Assembly (NCBI GenBank): GCA_964016885.1 | Contig: OZ024743.1 | Span: 242,916,001-242,980,000, forward strand | DNA: 64,000 nt | Source of the DNA: Eledone cirrhosa | Lineage: Eukaryota | Direction of reading: 5' to 3' | Shown here: positions 50,531-64,000 of the stretch, piece by piece | How the letters are laid out: the number at the start of each line of letters is the position of its first letter | Position numbering within the stretch: position 1 is the stretch's first letter | Translations under genes and position numbers: made by a program | The notes under the pieces: model-generated | Seen by the model: the letters and a program-made list of their open reading frames with translations, nothing else | What the model was told of the DNA's origin: nothing | The model's database searches: none

Positions 50531-51685
50531 TGTTAACCAGTCCATGACTGTATTTCTAATGAAATACACTTTATTTCAATTAATTAATGGGGAATTTTGA
50601 AAGATTTACTAACATTTTAACAATGTTATTACTAAAATAGTAACTTAACATATAGTTCTTATCCAAAATTATGTTGGTAGATTTTGTTTAAAAAGGAGTC
50701 CTTTAAAATGTGTGGTTTTGTTTCATAGATCCAGAACCATTTTGGACCAAGTTGGCCAAAAGGTTTAATTCATACAATAGTGAGTTGAATTAAAATAGTG
50801 TATTGTCCACACTGGCAAAGAATATCACTGAGTTAGTCATAGTTTATCTGACTATGTTATGCACAAATATCATATTTTAATAGATTAGCAGTGAGAGGGA
50901 GGGACATCCAGACATTAACTAACAGAATTGCTTTTAAAATATGTAAATATTCAAATTTGAAATATGATATCACTTATTTTGATATGAATGCAAAAAGAAA
51001 AATAGAAAATGCTATCATATAAAATAACTGGCAAAAGGTTTAAATATATATAAAATATTCTTAATTTCATATCAGTAGTGACTGTTTTATACTGTTAGCA
51101 TATATTTCTACCCAAGATGTTGATGAAAATATCCTTTAATATAAGAAAGAAAATAATTTTGTCAATAAAACCCAATTAAAAATTTCAACTTTTATTCATA
51201 AAATTTATTAACCAAATTATATTGTAATTTTTAAAATAAATGTTTTGTTGGTAGAGAAAAAAATCTATATTACTAAAAAACCATTTTTTTTATTTGTTTT
51301 GGTTTTAAATTCAAACTAGCTCATTGAATTTGATCTGATTATCGTCATCAACATTCACATGCAAAAAACATCTAATGAATATTTAAATAGCCCATTATTT
51401 ATTGTTTTTATTATTCTATGTTATTGTCTCAGCAGTTCATTATTTATGCCAGCCATTCCACAAATGAATCAACAAGAAGAGGAAGATATAATATATAGGA
51501 TACTTTACACATAGTGCCAACATTAAATGCAAATGTTAGGGGTCTGGGGAGCTGAGTCATTGGTGCACAAGAGTTTATCAAGTAAGGAATTATTGATTGA
51601 CAATAGTATAATTCCTGGTGAAAAGCATTGGTGGAAGAAGTAGGTTTCCTAATCCAATGGTCTGTGCAGCATCCTCTCTATTTTT

Positions 51686-51965
51686 CCTTTCATCCTTACG
51701 GGGTCGATAAAATAAAGTACCAGTAATGCACTGGGTAATTACTGGCCTTGTGCCAAAAGTAGAAACAATTTTTATGCTGGTGGATTGGCAGTATCGGCAG
51801 AGGGTCGGACGCTATGCTTTGTAGCATAGAGTTACGCCCCTTTACGGTCTGAGTTCAAATCCCACCAAGGTTAACTTTGCCTTTAATCCTTACAGGGTTG
51901 ATAAAATAAAGTACCAGTAATGCACTGGAATAATTGCTGGCCTTGTGTCAAAAGTAGAAACAATT
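51686..51965 (+). mobile_element. Tandem Nin/Deu-domain-like SINEs (one partial, one full)
   Basis: Two consecutive matches to 48510-48695. Confidence 0.85.
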
Positions 51966-54164
51966 ATTATCCTGATAATTACTAAGTTACATTTATCCAT
52001 ACTGGCAATGGTTGGATGAATCTCACAGAACTTCAAAACCCATTTGTGGTCCTTTGTCATCTGATACAGTAACAGAGAAAACTGGCCAACTTTGTTGTAT
52101 ATGTAATATTTGGGGAATGTGTGACATGATTGTTATGACTGGAGGTTCTTTCTATCACCAACCACTCACTAAACAGCAAGGACTGGCTGCATTTTATCAT
52201 GCCACCAGAACAAAAGTTAATATTCATTTAATGTGTCCTGGATGAAGATGAATACTAGCATTGACCAGCCAAACAGACTTATGATCAAAGATTCACAACC
52301 ATCCCTATCTTTTATTCAGACATAGTATATCTAAGACTACATTATCCAATGTATCCTTTCATTTTTAAAGATGGTGGTATAATTTGAAGGGTAACTGACT
52401 GATATTTCTAGTAGGCCAAGTAACCACACAGGCTCCCCTGGGTTGTATATATCTAGGATAAGTTAGCTTGGTGGCACCTATCTTTTCTAAAGTTTATCTT
52501 AGAAAAGAACAGGCTCCACTAAGCTAATTTCTCCAGAAAACAACTAACAAACAAACAAGACACTTGATCAGTTGCAAACTGCAGTTTACAGCATCGGCCT
52601 CTAGTGCTAACTCCTGAGTGTTATAGTAGGTTTTTACAGCTCAGTTGACTGAGCTACTAAATATTAACCATTTTGATTTCAAATTGCCTGAAACTGTCCC
52701 AGGTTCTGATACTAGGATGTTTATTCTCATCATCATCACCATTATATTTATCTAAAAACATTCCATCATAATTTTATGTAAGAACCTTTGTTATGTTCCA
52801 AATACCAATTTAATGAAGAGAACTCCAGTTATATTGTTAAATCCCTCCAAATTCTTGATTATTTACAAATTAATTGAAAACCATAGGTGGTATAGGTGGT
52901 ATCTTGCATTAGAAATATGGTGACAAAATGGTTAAGAATTATTGTTAGTGGCATATAACTCTTCTGTTGACTGTAATTTAACTGCAACCCTCAAAATATC
53001 TAAACAGGATTGTCACAATTGGAATTATTTGACTATTGATTTTTATTTTATTTTACTATTTATGTAAAATGGAAGTTCTGGTACTACAACAAAATGCACC
53101 CAGTTCACTGTGTAAAGTGGTTTTTAGTGCTCTTGTCATAAAAAAAAACATCCAGTACACTCAGTAAGGTAGAGGGTGTTAAGAAGGGCTTCCAGCCACA
53201 GAAACCATAACAAATATGGAATGTATGAGCATGACAGAGTCACCTGACTGGTCTAGCCTCAGTATGTGACAACCAGTCCAACCTATGCCAATATGGAAAG
53301 CAAAAGAAAAAATGATGATGGTTACAAAAACATCCTACTGTTCAAATACAAGCCACTGAGGAAGCCTCTAGCTGATTGCTCCACTTACAAGAAATAGTAG
53401 CCAAATTGCCCTGAAATCACACCACCCTATCATCTTTGGAAAGGAAAGAACACATTGGATAATGTAGGCCTACATACTTTTAACAAAGGATGGCCATGGT
53501 TGGAATACCTTTCTTTATAGACCTGCCTTAATTAGGTTCAACTAAATAACAACTAAATAACAACTCAACATCACATTTAGTGTTGTACTCAGAAACAAAA
53601 TTATGCACCAACAACAGATTTAAATTCAGATATCATTAGCTGAAAGTTTAATATTTTATCTACAGATGTTTCAGAGAGACAGAGGCGATGACAGTGGAAG
53701 TTTGGTTCCTGTGTTCGGACTTGGTGTACATGTGTAATTTTACACTATCGACCCTTTCTTTTCCTCTTTCCTTGTAAAGCTATGCAGAGTCTGTTTACCA
53801 GTTATAACTGCAGATGTCAGCTAGGAATCAAGACCAGAGAGGAACTCAACAGGAACTTATGATGGAGCTTCTGTTGGTTTTCATAGTAAGCATTTAATTG
53901 TTTGATCAACTTAACATCTTATTTCTTATTTTAACATCTAAGTAGCTGAGTATTCCAGACATGAGTGACCATAACATAATTCTGAGACAGAATCAGTGTG
54001 ACACAATAAGTGACATAGCTAGACCCTTGATACAATCCACCCATATTAACCTTTTTTTATGCCAAACCATCTGCATACAGAACTGTTTGTTTTTAAGTGT
54101 TTATATTCATGTAGAAACCTTCCATCATAATATTATGTAAAAATCTTTAAGTTATCAAACTTAA

Positions 54165-54740
54165 TAATTGTTTCTACTTTTAGCACAAGGCCAGTAATTA
54201 CCCCCATTGCTTTATTTTATCGACCCCGTAAGGATGAAAGGCAAAGTTAACCTTGGCGGGATTTGAACTCAGACCGTAAAGGGCCACAACTCTGTACTGC
54301 AAAGAATGGCGTCCAACCCGCTACCTCTTGATTATTATCAAAATTAACTGAAATTTATAAGTAGTCTTTCATTAAAAATATAGTAACAAAATGGTTACAA
54401 TGCTTATAATCAAAAATGAAAATTTCATTGTAACATGAATGATATGAGACATGAAGAGGTCAACACCTACATAATATAAAGCTATATAAAGTCTGAGAAT
54501 GTGTAGTTTGTCTTGAACAGAATAATAATGGTTTCAGATTTAGGCACAAGGCCAGCTATTTGGGGGGAAGGGAAAGTCGATTAAATCAACTCCAGTACTT
54601 ACTGGTGCTTTATTTTATCGACCCTGTAAGGATGAAAGGCAAAGCTAACCCCAGCAGGATTTGAACCCAGAACGTAAAAGGCCGTAACTCTACCACAAAG
54701 CAGGATGTCCAACACTCTGCTGATACTGCCAATCCAACAC
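54165..54740 (-). mobile_element. Two Nin/Deu-domain-like SINE copies (54165-54325 and 54530-54740)
   Basis: Reverse complement of the same consensus. The first copy is nested in a piggyBac-like MITE. Confidence 0.75.
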
Positions 54741-55157
54741 CGAATAACAATATAGTCTTTTTTAGTTATAATGTTGTCCAAGTACTGGTCGCTCTCTGAT
54801 AGGTTTGTGGTAGAGCCTGTAGCACTGGAGACTTCCACCGTTCTTGCACCCCCCCCCCCCCCCGACCACATCCCTACTCACTGCCATCGGGGCAGAGTTG
54901 GCTGCCCGCAGGTACAAGCCCCGCATGGTGGAGTTGGCTACCCACAGGTACAAGTCCCACGAGGTGGAGTGGCTGTTCTAATACATCTCCCTCACCATCC
55001 TCCAGGGCAGTATATTCTCAATCCTGGGATGATGAGGTGGAGGGTAAGTTAGTTGGAGGTGGAGGATACTCCTTCAGACATCACACATATACACAAATTG
55101 TTTACAAACATCTTTTAATTCACTTTCTTGTTTATATTTTCATATTTTAGTTCTAGT

Positions 55158-55495
55158 GGAGGCACATGGCTTAGTGGTTAGAGCATTGGCCTTGCAATCG
55201 AAAGGTTGTGAGTTCAATTCTCAGACCGGGTGATGTGTTGTTTCCTTGAGCAAGACACTTTATTTCACATTGCTCCAGTTTACTCAGCTGTAGAAATGAG
55301 ATGGTAGGGACTGGGGTCCCTATCATTCCACTGCAAAGTGGTCGTGGAGGTGCCACGGCAAAAAAGCACCCAGCACTCACTGTAAATGAGGTTGGTGTTA
55401 GGAAGGGCATCCAGCTGTAGAAATCAAGCCAGAATCAGTTCCCGTCCCACCCTTGCATGCAGGGAAAAGCGGACGTAAAATGAAATGATGATGAT
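55158..55495 (+). mobile_element. Composite tRNA/RTE-tail SINE (family A)
   Basis: Nearly identical to the reverse complement of 42641-42980. Confidence 0.9.
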
Positions 55496-55932
55496 TTCTA
55501 ACAAATATTCCTTCTGTCGTATTATGATGTTACTAGCAGAAAAACCACCCTTTGGGTGATTTTCTGCTAGCATGTGTAGTGTGTATATTGATATTATACG
55601 CAAGTGTATATACATGTAGATATGATACATCAAATAAAATCGTAATTGACAATATACACAGAAATTGAATGAGGACTGTGTTACATTGTCTTATGTATTC
55701 CGTAACGTAATCCATGATACATTAAAAAAAAGACGATATTATATATAAACGGCATTAGGAGAAAATTAGTGACAGAAATATATGTTTATTTAAGCGATCG
55801 CTAACCGGAAATGTTGACATTTGAAAATTTTAAAGAAGTGAATCTTTAAATAAACAATAAAATATATTTAATACACAGCTACGAAATTTAGTAGATAAAT
55901 TATGTAATAATCATTCATTATTTATTCAAAGT

Positions 55933-56115
55933 GGCAGTGGATTGGCAGTATCGGTAGGTCGGACGCCATGCTTTGCAGCATAGAGTTACGACCCTTTACA
56001 GTCTGAGTTCAATTCAAACCGAGGTCAACTTTGCCTTTCATCCTTACAGGGTTGATAAAATAAAGTACCAGTAATGCACTGAGTAATTGCTGGCCTTGTG
56101 CCTAATGTAGAAACA
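55933..56115 (+). mobile_element. Nin/Deu-domain-like SINE with 16-bp TSD
   Basis: ATTATTTATTCAAAGT at 55917-55932 and 56116-56131. Confidence 0.88.
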
Positions 56116-56628
56116 ATTATTTATTCAAAGTAATCCAACTTATTTTACTAATGGGATAAAAAATTATAAACCGTACGCAGTCCCGCACTCCTTACTTTAT
56201 TATAGATTGTGGTACCTGGATATTTTTCTCCAGATTTCCTACTATATTTCTGAATCTTATAAAATCTCTGAAGATAAATAAGTAATGTGAAACTAAGTGC
56301 TAAATTAAACTAATCAATTTAATTCTCAGGTTACAAGATGTTGATATATTTCTATATATTGAAAATGGAGCTTAAGTGAAATTCTTGCCATTTCCTTATT
56401 TCACATTTCTCTTGTTGAAACATGTGTAAGACAAATAAAATGTCTTAAATGTTTTCATCTTTCTTGTTTATTTATGGTATGTTTATATATGTGTTTAAGT
56501 AGCAAAAGATATCAACAACAATATATATGCTAGCGTGGAAGATGGACGTTAAACGATGATGATGATGATATATATGAAGCAAAGTTTTTTGGTTGTTGAT
56601 TTCTTTTGCTACATACATATATATATAT

Positions 56629-56661
<33 letters not shown>

Positions 56662-56667
56662 CATACA

Positions 56668-56717
<50 letters not shown>

Positions 56718-56866
56718 AACCAGTAAGACCCCGACAGCTGAGCTCAAGCCGTTTCGACGGCTAATTCTGGACCTATATATATTCTGGACATATATATATA
56801 TATGTATATATATACATACATATATATATTTACATACAAACATATATATATACATAGATATACATA

Positions 56867-56948
<82 letters not shown>

Positions 56949-57978
56949 GCATAGATAGATACACATATCTCTATATATGCGTTCATATGTACATAAACAT
57001 AGGTATCTATGTATGTATGTATGTGTGTAAGCATATATTTAAGTGTGTATATATATCGTCATCATCATCATTTAACATCCATTTTCACGTTGAGACAAGT
57101 CAGGTACGGAGATCGTCATGCTCATACGGATCTGTATTTTTGGCATGGTTTCTACAGCTGGATGCCCTTCATAACACCAACCACGTTATATATATATTGT
57201 TAATATATGTGTGCATGTATGTATGTGTGTATGTATGTATGCAGGATCTTTAGAGAAATTTTTGAAGGCGAAACATGACTGATTGCTTTCAGGCCCCAGG
57301 CAAGGGGGAGTTTCGTTCAAAATTTGGGAGGGAATGGCTGTAATATGGGGGTGGGGGTCCTCGTATGACTCCTCGGGACACTGACTGATGTAGAGGCCGG
57401 ATATATACTAAACTAAGGTAATAATCGTATAAGTTGTGACGAGAACAAAGCTGAGTTTGCTGGGATAGTGAAAGTTGTACAGGACGTCATTGATTAAATT
57501 TTTCAATCAGAATAGTCGTGACTATGGCTATTGAAATGGTCTTCATGATTGTCAAAAATAAAGTACTGGCATAGTTATTGAACTGGTTTTTATGTTTATC
57601 AAAAATTAAAACAGACTGCACTGAAAATGAACGATTCCAAGTTTACCATCGTTGTAAATATTTTCTATAAAATTAATGAAATCAACATTGTTTAAGAATG
57701 ATTGTATGAAATCTAATACAAGAGTAGAAACTAACAAATTAAATCACTGAATATTCTCTCCTTGTTCACCACCGACACCACAAATTCTCTGGCTTCCATA
57801 CAGAAAACCTACTTCAACACAAAATTTCTAAATCGACAGCAGACAAAGAAAAAAAGCAGGAAGAATTGATCGACTAAGTTTATTATTAAATTCAAAAATA
57901 AAACAAGGAACTGAACGGTAGGGGTAGGGAAGAGGGACAGTGACAGACATATAAGAGAGAGAGAGAGAGAGAGAGGGG

Positions 57979-58032
<54 letters not shown>

Positions 58033-58651
58033 AGACAGAATGGTTTGAAAGAGAATGTCGGCGCGAGGATAAAGTGTAATTAGTAACGATAATGAAAAAG
58101 CTAACGAAACTTGGTTTTAATCGATTATTTTAAATTTAAATCGATACAAATAACTTGTTTTGGCATCTATATCGGTTAAAACTGAAGCGATCAAAGATGT
58201 TGTAGACCATTCAATTAAAGCCAGTCCGCAGAAGACTCTCCTCTCCTCCTCTTCATTGTCGACATTAATACGTTAAAACCAAACGCCTAACTGCGTATGT
58301 TAATTAAGAATATTGAAAATCACCAAAATATATATTATAGAAGTCGAAATAAACATCGAAATATAGAGCTTCTATCCTCTCCTGACATTTACCCAATAAT
58401 GCCAACTCAGCATTATATAGAATCTTTGGGCGATATACTTTGTTATTTTTGTCTTGTTTTCAAACCATCACACCTCCTCTCCCCATATACCTAAAATGTA
58501 CTTTCACTATCTTTTTCAAAACAGTCTTTCTCTTTCGCTTCTTCCTTCACACACTCACTCGTTTCATCACACACACACATATACTGTGTTGCTCTCTCAC
58601 TCTCTTTCATTTCATTTTCATTCATACTTTTCTTTCTTATAGCAGCTCAAG

Positions 58652-58723
<72 letters not shown>

Positions 58724-58788
58724 TATATACATATACATATACATATATATATACATATATATACATATATATATATACATATATATAC

Positions 58789-58874
<86 letters not shown>

Positions 58875-59146
58875 ATATATATGAATTGAATTGAAAACAA
58901 ATGTAGAACGGTATTAGAAAGGATTTCAAGATTTTTAATCAGAAATTAGTTAATTAAATTAATAATTATGGCGATAATGATGACGTGGTGATGATCATCA
59001 TATTGATGACTAAGATGATAATTTAATAAAAAGAATTAGATTCTCTTTTTAAAGGGAATAAATAAATGAACCTGGAAGAGATAACGTTCAATTGGAAAAG
59101 TTATGGACTTATTATTAATGAAAGAAACATTTGACCTTAGGAAGGG

Positions 59147-59189
<43 letters not shown>

Positions 59190-59201
59190 CATATCTACAC
59201 C

Positions 59202-59299
<98 letters not shown>

Positions 59300-59325
59300 C
59301 ATATATATATATATATACATACATA

Positions 59326-59420
<95 letters not shown>

Positions 59421-59427
59421 CTACACC

Positions 59428-59489
<62 letters not shown>

Positions 59490-59490
59490 C
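58652..59490. repeat. Two long compound (TA)n/(TACA)n/(GA)n microsatellite blocks
   Basis: Direct reading. They are representative of dozens of such tracts in the window. Confidence 0.9.
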
Positions 59491-61001
59491 AGATAGATAT
59501 AGTTAACTATAATGCAACAAGCTATGTTGTATCTATCAAACCCTTCAAATAACTCGGAGCGATTTGGGACTCCTAATTAATATATATGCAAAAACAATGA
59601 ATTTAATTGTGATTTAGCCAACACAGCAAAGTTTATTTCCACAAACAATATGTATATATAAATGTGTGTGGTGTGTGTGTGTCTGTTTTCTATTCTTTGA
59701 ATGTATGTATGTATAATTGTGTGTTATAAAAAGAACAATTTAGGAGAGCCTTATAAAAAAAATTAAACATTTCCCCCAAAAAGGTGTAAGGGTTAAAAAA
59801 TAATATAAGAAGGAAGAAATGTATGGTGAATGGAAAGTGTGTTATTGTGGCAAAGAAGGAGAGAAAGGAAGAAAAGGTGGACACTGGAAGACAAACATGA
59901 CACAAAAACACACTGGACTACTACTAACTAACACAGTTTAGTAGCAGGAACTGGAACACATTTTCCAATTGACTATTTCCTTGCTCCCTTAAGACAATTA
60001 CAGAACCCTCCCGCCTCCAAAAACGATGAAGCTTAAAATCATAGAAATGACTTACAAAATAAATATATAAACATTAACAAGAAATAAAGAGAAACATTCG
60101 TATGGTAATCATAATAAATATGTGTATTTACGTAAACGCGAACATTTAACAGGATCTTGCAACAGGAAAAAGGGATATAAAGAATAAGTTTGTTTTGTTT
60201 ATAGATACATACATATCATAATTTTACAGCATAGTGGAGAGTCAACTGATCTACCTCGTACATTACTGGTATTTTATTTTATCGGCTCAGTAAAATACGT
60301 GACAACGACTGTTTTACCGGGATGTATAAAGGTTCATCTATTATTTACACTGGCGTCAAAAAAATGTCTAAATAATGGTAAAAACAGCCACGAGAATATT
60401 TTTTTATGAACTAGGAAACATTGCGTATTTACAGTATGTGTGTGAAAATTAATTAAATCAATCTTCATCGAGAGAAGTGTTAAGGAAATATTAAAAAGAA
60501 AATTAATGCGTAGTTAAATATACACACATGCTCAAACACACATACAAAGTAATTGCATTTATTTGCACGTGTGTTGATGTTTGAACTGTGTGTATACATG
60601 CAACATCAGCGAAATGACAAGAAAATCCCAGTTCGGAAGTAATGTAAGTGAATGTAAGAAATAGAAGTAGTCTTCAAAGGTAAATAAAAGCAAAAATAAG
60701 AAAATATATTCCGGGGTAATGAAGGTCTAAAGAAGGATGGAGAAAATGTGTAGAGAAGTCGGCTTGCAAATCTGATGAAATGAGAATAAACAGAAAGAAG
60801 AGGAAGGTGTATGTGTGTATGATAGATACGGTTTAGATGTCGATCAATGTGTACTTTTAAGAGCAGAGCAAAACACACACACACTCACTCACACAACTAT
60901 CCATACACATTGGGCGCGATTATACACTCATACATTCTCTCTCTTTACACACATGCGCCTGTATACACACTCACACACATAAATATATACTATATATATA
61001 T

Positions 61002-61057
<56 letters not shown>

Positions 61058-61662
61058 TTGAGAAAAAGAGAGAGACTCCGCTCATATGTTCGAAAAGATA
61101 TAATAATACTCTACAAATATAAAGTTTAAACAAATAAATTTAGATACTGGCAAGGGGTAAATTGCCCGTAAGTTGTGTCATATCTACCCCACCCCAAATT
61201 TACAAAAACGATTATAAAATCTGACAGTGTAAGGGTCCGAGTGTGGTAGTTCCCCGTACTGGTTCACCCCAGATTCATATCACCTCCTTAACACATAAAA
61301 CATATATGTATACGTGTGTTTACAACATAAACATACGTATACACGCGTGTGTGTGTGTATCTGATTGATAGATAGAGAAAAGCAAATACAACCGTCTGCG
61401 CTTATGTAAACGATAAATTACAAATTCGAAAATGTTTCTGAATATGTCACAAAAGAAAAAAGAAAAAAAAACGCGGAAGATGTGACTGCAAAAAGAGGAT
61501 AAAGAAAAGATGGGAAAGTGATCCGCTGCCGGAGTGAAGGAAGTAGAACAAAAGGAAACAAAGCATTTATGGAACTACAGCGAAATAAATAAATAAAATT
61601 CCAACCCCTAAAAGAGCCGTTAACAAATAAATCATATATTGATTTAAATAAATAAATACATG

Positions 61663-61709
<47 letters not shown>

Positions 61710-62639
61710 TGGAGGGGGGGGGGGCGGTAGAAGAATTGGACTAGAATCGGTGGACGAATTGCCGGTTTCATTTCCTAACCGCAAGGAATATCAACACGAG
61801 AGAAAGATTTATAAAATACCCTGAAAATATAAAGAGAAAGGGAGAAGGAAGAGCAAACACCATACAATAAATACTTCAGATGACTATATTTAATTCTTTT
61901 TAATAAATGTTAAGACAATTTCAACACTTGGGCCTACCTATTGAATGTATAGGAGCCAAAATTATAAACCACTGATATTATTGTTTTTGTACTCGTATTT
62001 CATAAAATTCTAAAATAAAACTAAGCCTTACATGTGCGTGAAGATACAAAAAAAATGTATTAAATCAGCCGGGAAAGAAATTTTGAAAAAAAAAATCTAA
62101 ATACACTGTGCGTGTTTACAAAGTAGAAAGAAGTATTTGTATTTATTTTAAAGGTTGTTTAGATAATAACAAACATATATAAAACAACACAAACGGAATT
62201 TTCTTATCCGCGTTTTTCTTTTTTATGCAGTTTAAAAAGAAGGATCCAACGATTGTTTGACAAAATATTTACAACGTACTTTCTCTTTGACAATTTACAT
62301 ATATTTTTTTTCTATCTTCTTTTACGACTCAACATCATATCATTTTTCTTTCTTTTCGTGATTAGTATTGTTTTGTTATTCTTTTGTGTGGTTATTATTT
62401 TTGTTATTATGAGACTTTCCTTGGTGACAAAGAGATGTTCTCCCCTTTGTGAAGTGATGATAAGTGTGTGCGCGTGTGTAGGTGTACAGTAGTGCCTGTC
62501 CAACTTTGTCTGCACGATCTATGTGATTGTGCGCAGTGTAGGTGTGCGTGCTGGAGATAGATAGATAGATAGGAAGGAAGGAAGAGAAATAGAGATACAT
62601 ATAAACTATATATACAAGCAAAGTAGCACAAAAGAACGT

Positions 62640-62830
62640 AACTGTTAACTCGGCCTGACACGCTAACCGTTATTTCAGGGTCCTAAACGGGCCCTCTTAG
62701 CCCACAACAAATTACTCACCTTCGCTGTCATAGCTTGCAATCGGCGCCACGGGCCCCAAAAAAGCTGCGTTTTCACGCCGTTCCAGTTTAATAGCGCACC
62801 ACGTTAGCACTCCGCCATGTTGGTTTAATA
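62640..62830 (-). promoter_or_regulatory. Probable promoter-proximal first exon of a minus-strand transcript
   Basis: Locally CpG-rich and repeat-free. YY1-type CAACATGGCG at ~62814-62823. Strong donor AAG|GTGAGT at 62720/62719. Confidence 0.6.
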
Positions 62831-63908
62831 ATAATGTTAAGAGTGACCCACATAATAAATCAGCTTGGTTAATGATAGGTTAAACTAAGAATGGGGGAAG
62901 CTGGAGAGAGAGAAAGATAGAGAGAGGGAGTGCGTAGAGGGGGGAGCCTGCTGCTGCTAACCTCTTTGCTTACTACTCATCGATACGGGACAGCATTGAA
63001 AGGTTCACAAAAGTAAAAACATACTCCTGCAAATAAAATAAAATGAACGGCTACTAATGCTCCTTTGTATTCTTTCCCCATTGATAACTTTATTTCAATA
63101 TTTTAAATACTGGAAATGTCGATTATTCAACCATAATAGTACTTAGTACGGCGATATATCCATTCATAGACAGCCATTTTAGGAATTTCGTAGGAGGTAA
63201 AAAGAACAGCTGAGTTACGCCGGCGAATATTTAGATTTTTAATTGACAAAAAATAAAATTTACAAACAGAAAGTTTTCAGATACATATATATAATTTAAA
63301 TGAAACTGTTTGACAATTAAAAAATGAAATTTAACTATTTTTTTCTTAGTTAAAACCTATTTTTTTTCTCTCAGTATATCTGCCGCGGGGGTTATTATAA
63401 CAGCTGAAATTAACCAATTGGGTTTTAAGTTGTGAGTTGACACTGTGTGTTTGGTAACTAAATAAAAGATGAATTGGGAGGAGGGATGGAGATTTATTTG
63501 TTTATTTTTCTTTTATTACTTCTATGCGATGTCTTATGTACTTTTCGGTGCTTTCTTAGACCCAGTTTTTTTTTCAGCTTTACGATGTTTATCTCTTCCA
63601 TTCATACAGTATTTTCCAAACTATTACAAATATATATTATTTTAGCAAACCAGTTTACGTTATACTGATAGCTGATCTAGGGATGGTATGGTGAATAATC
63701 TGTAGTAGTTTGCGTTAAAATACACTACCCTAATTATAAAGAGCATCCATTTTATATTTAACCATGTATGTGTCGATTGAAATTAATTTTCCAAGACAAA
63801 ACACAGTAAATTTAAATTACTGGATGACTAAAATAGAATATATATATAAGAATAATATATGTGTTACATATACATATATGTGTAATATATATGTCAGAAT
63901 GTATGTAT

Positions 63909-63942
<34 letters not shown>

Positions 63943-64000
63943 TTATATATGTCATATATATATATATACATAGAAACATATATGTGTGTGTGTGTATATA

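Noticed and set aside
58440-59552. YI/IY-, RE-, H- and T-rich ORFs here and throughout the window
   Set aside because: They are microsatellite translations.

Overview
AT-rich, repeat-dominated animal DNA, most likely octopus/cephalopod (inferred from the SINE/LINE repertoire). There is no intact protein-coding gene, and nearly all listed ORFs are microsatellite or tandem-repeat artefacts. The most structured object is a ~4.6-kb Penelope-like element (PLE) at 9302-13878. It has a GIY-YIG endonuclease remnant, ~1.4-kb inverted arms, a type I hammerhead ribozyme (HHR) in each arm, and a 1082-bp canonical Helitron inserted cleanly into the left arm. Several further short HHR-bearing or HHR-derived elements are scattered through the window, often as fold-back hairpins next to (TA)n tracts. 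Also present: RTE LINE fragments (one nearly intact, with a PHD finger inside the RT), a DD37D/maT transposase remnant, several tRNA-derived SINE families with TSDs, MITEs, retroposon-derived minisatellites (50, 38, 21 and 18/108 bp), an orphan SF3B4 exon fragment, and a probable minus-strand promoter/first exon near 62.7-62.8 kb. All calls were made by eye; no searches were run.
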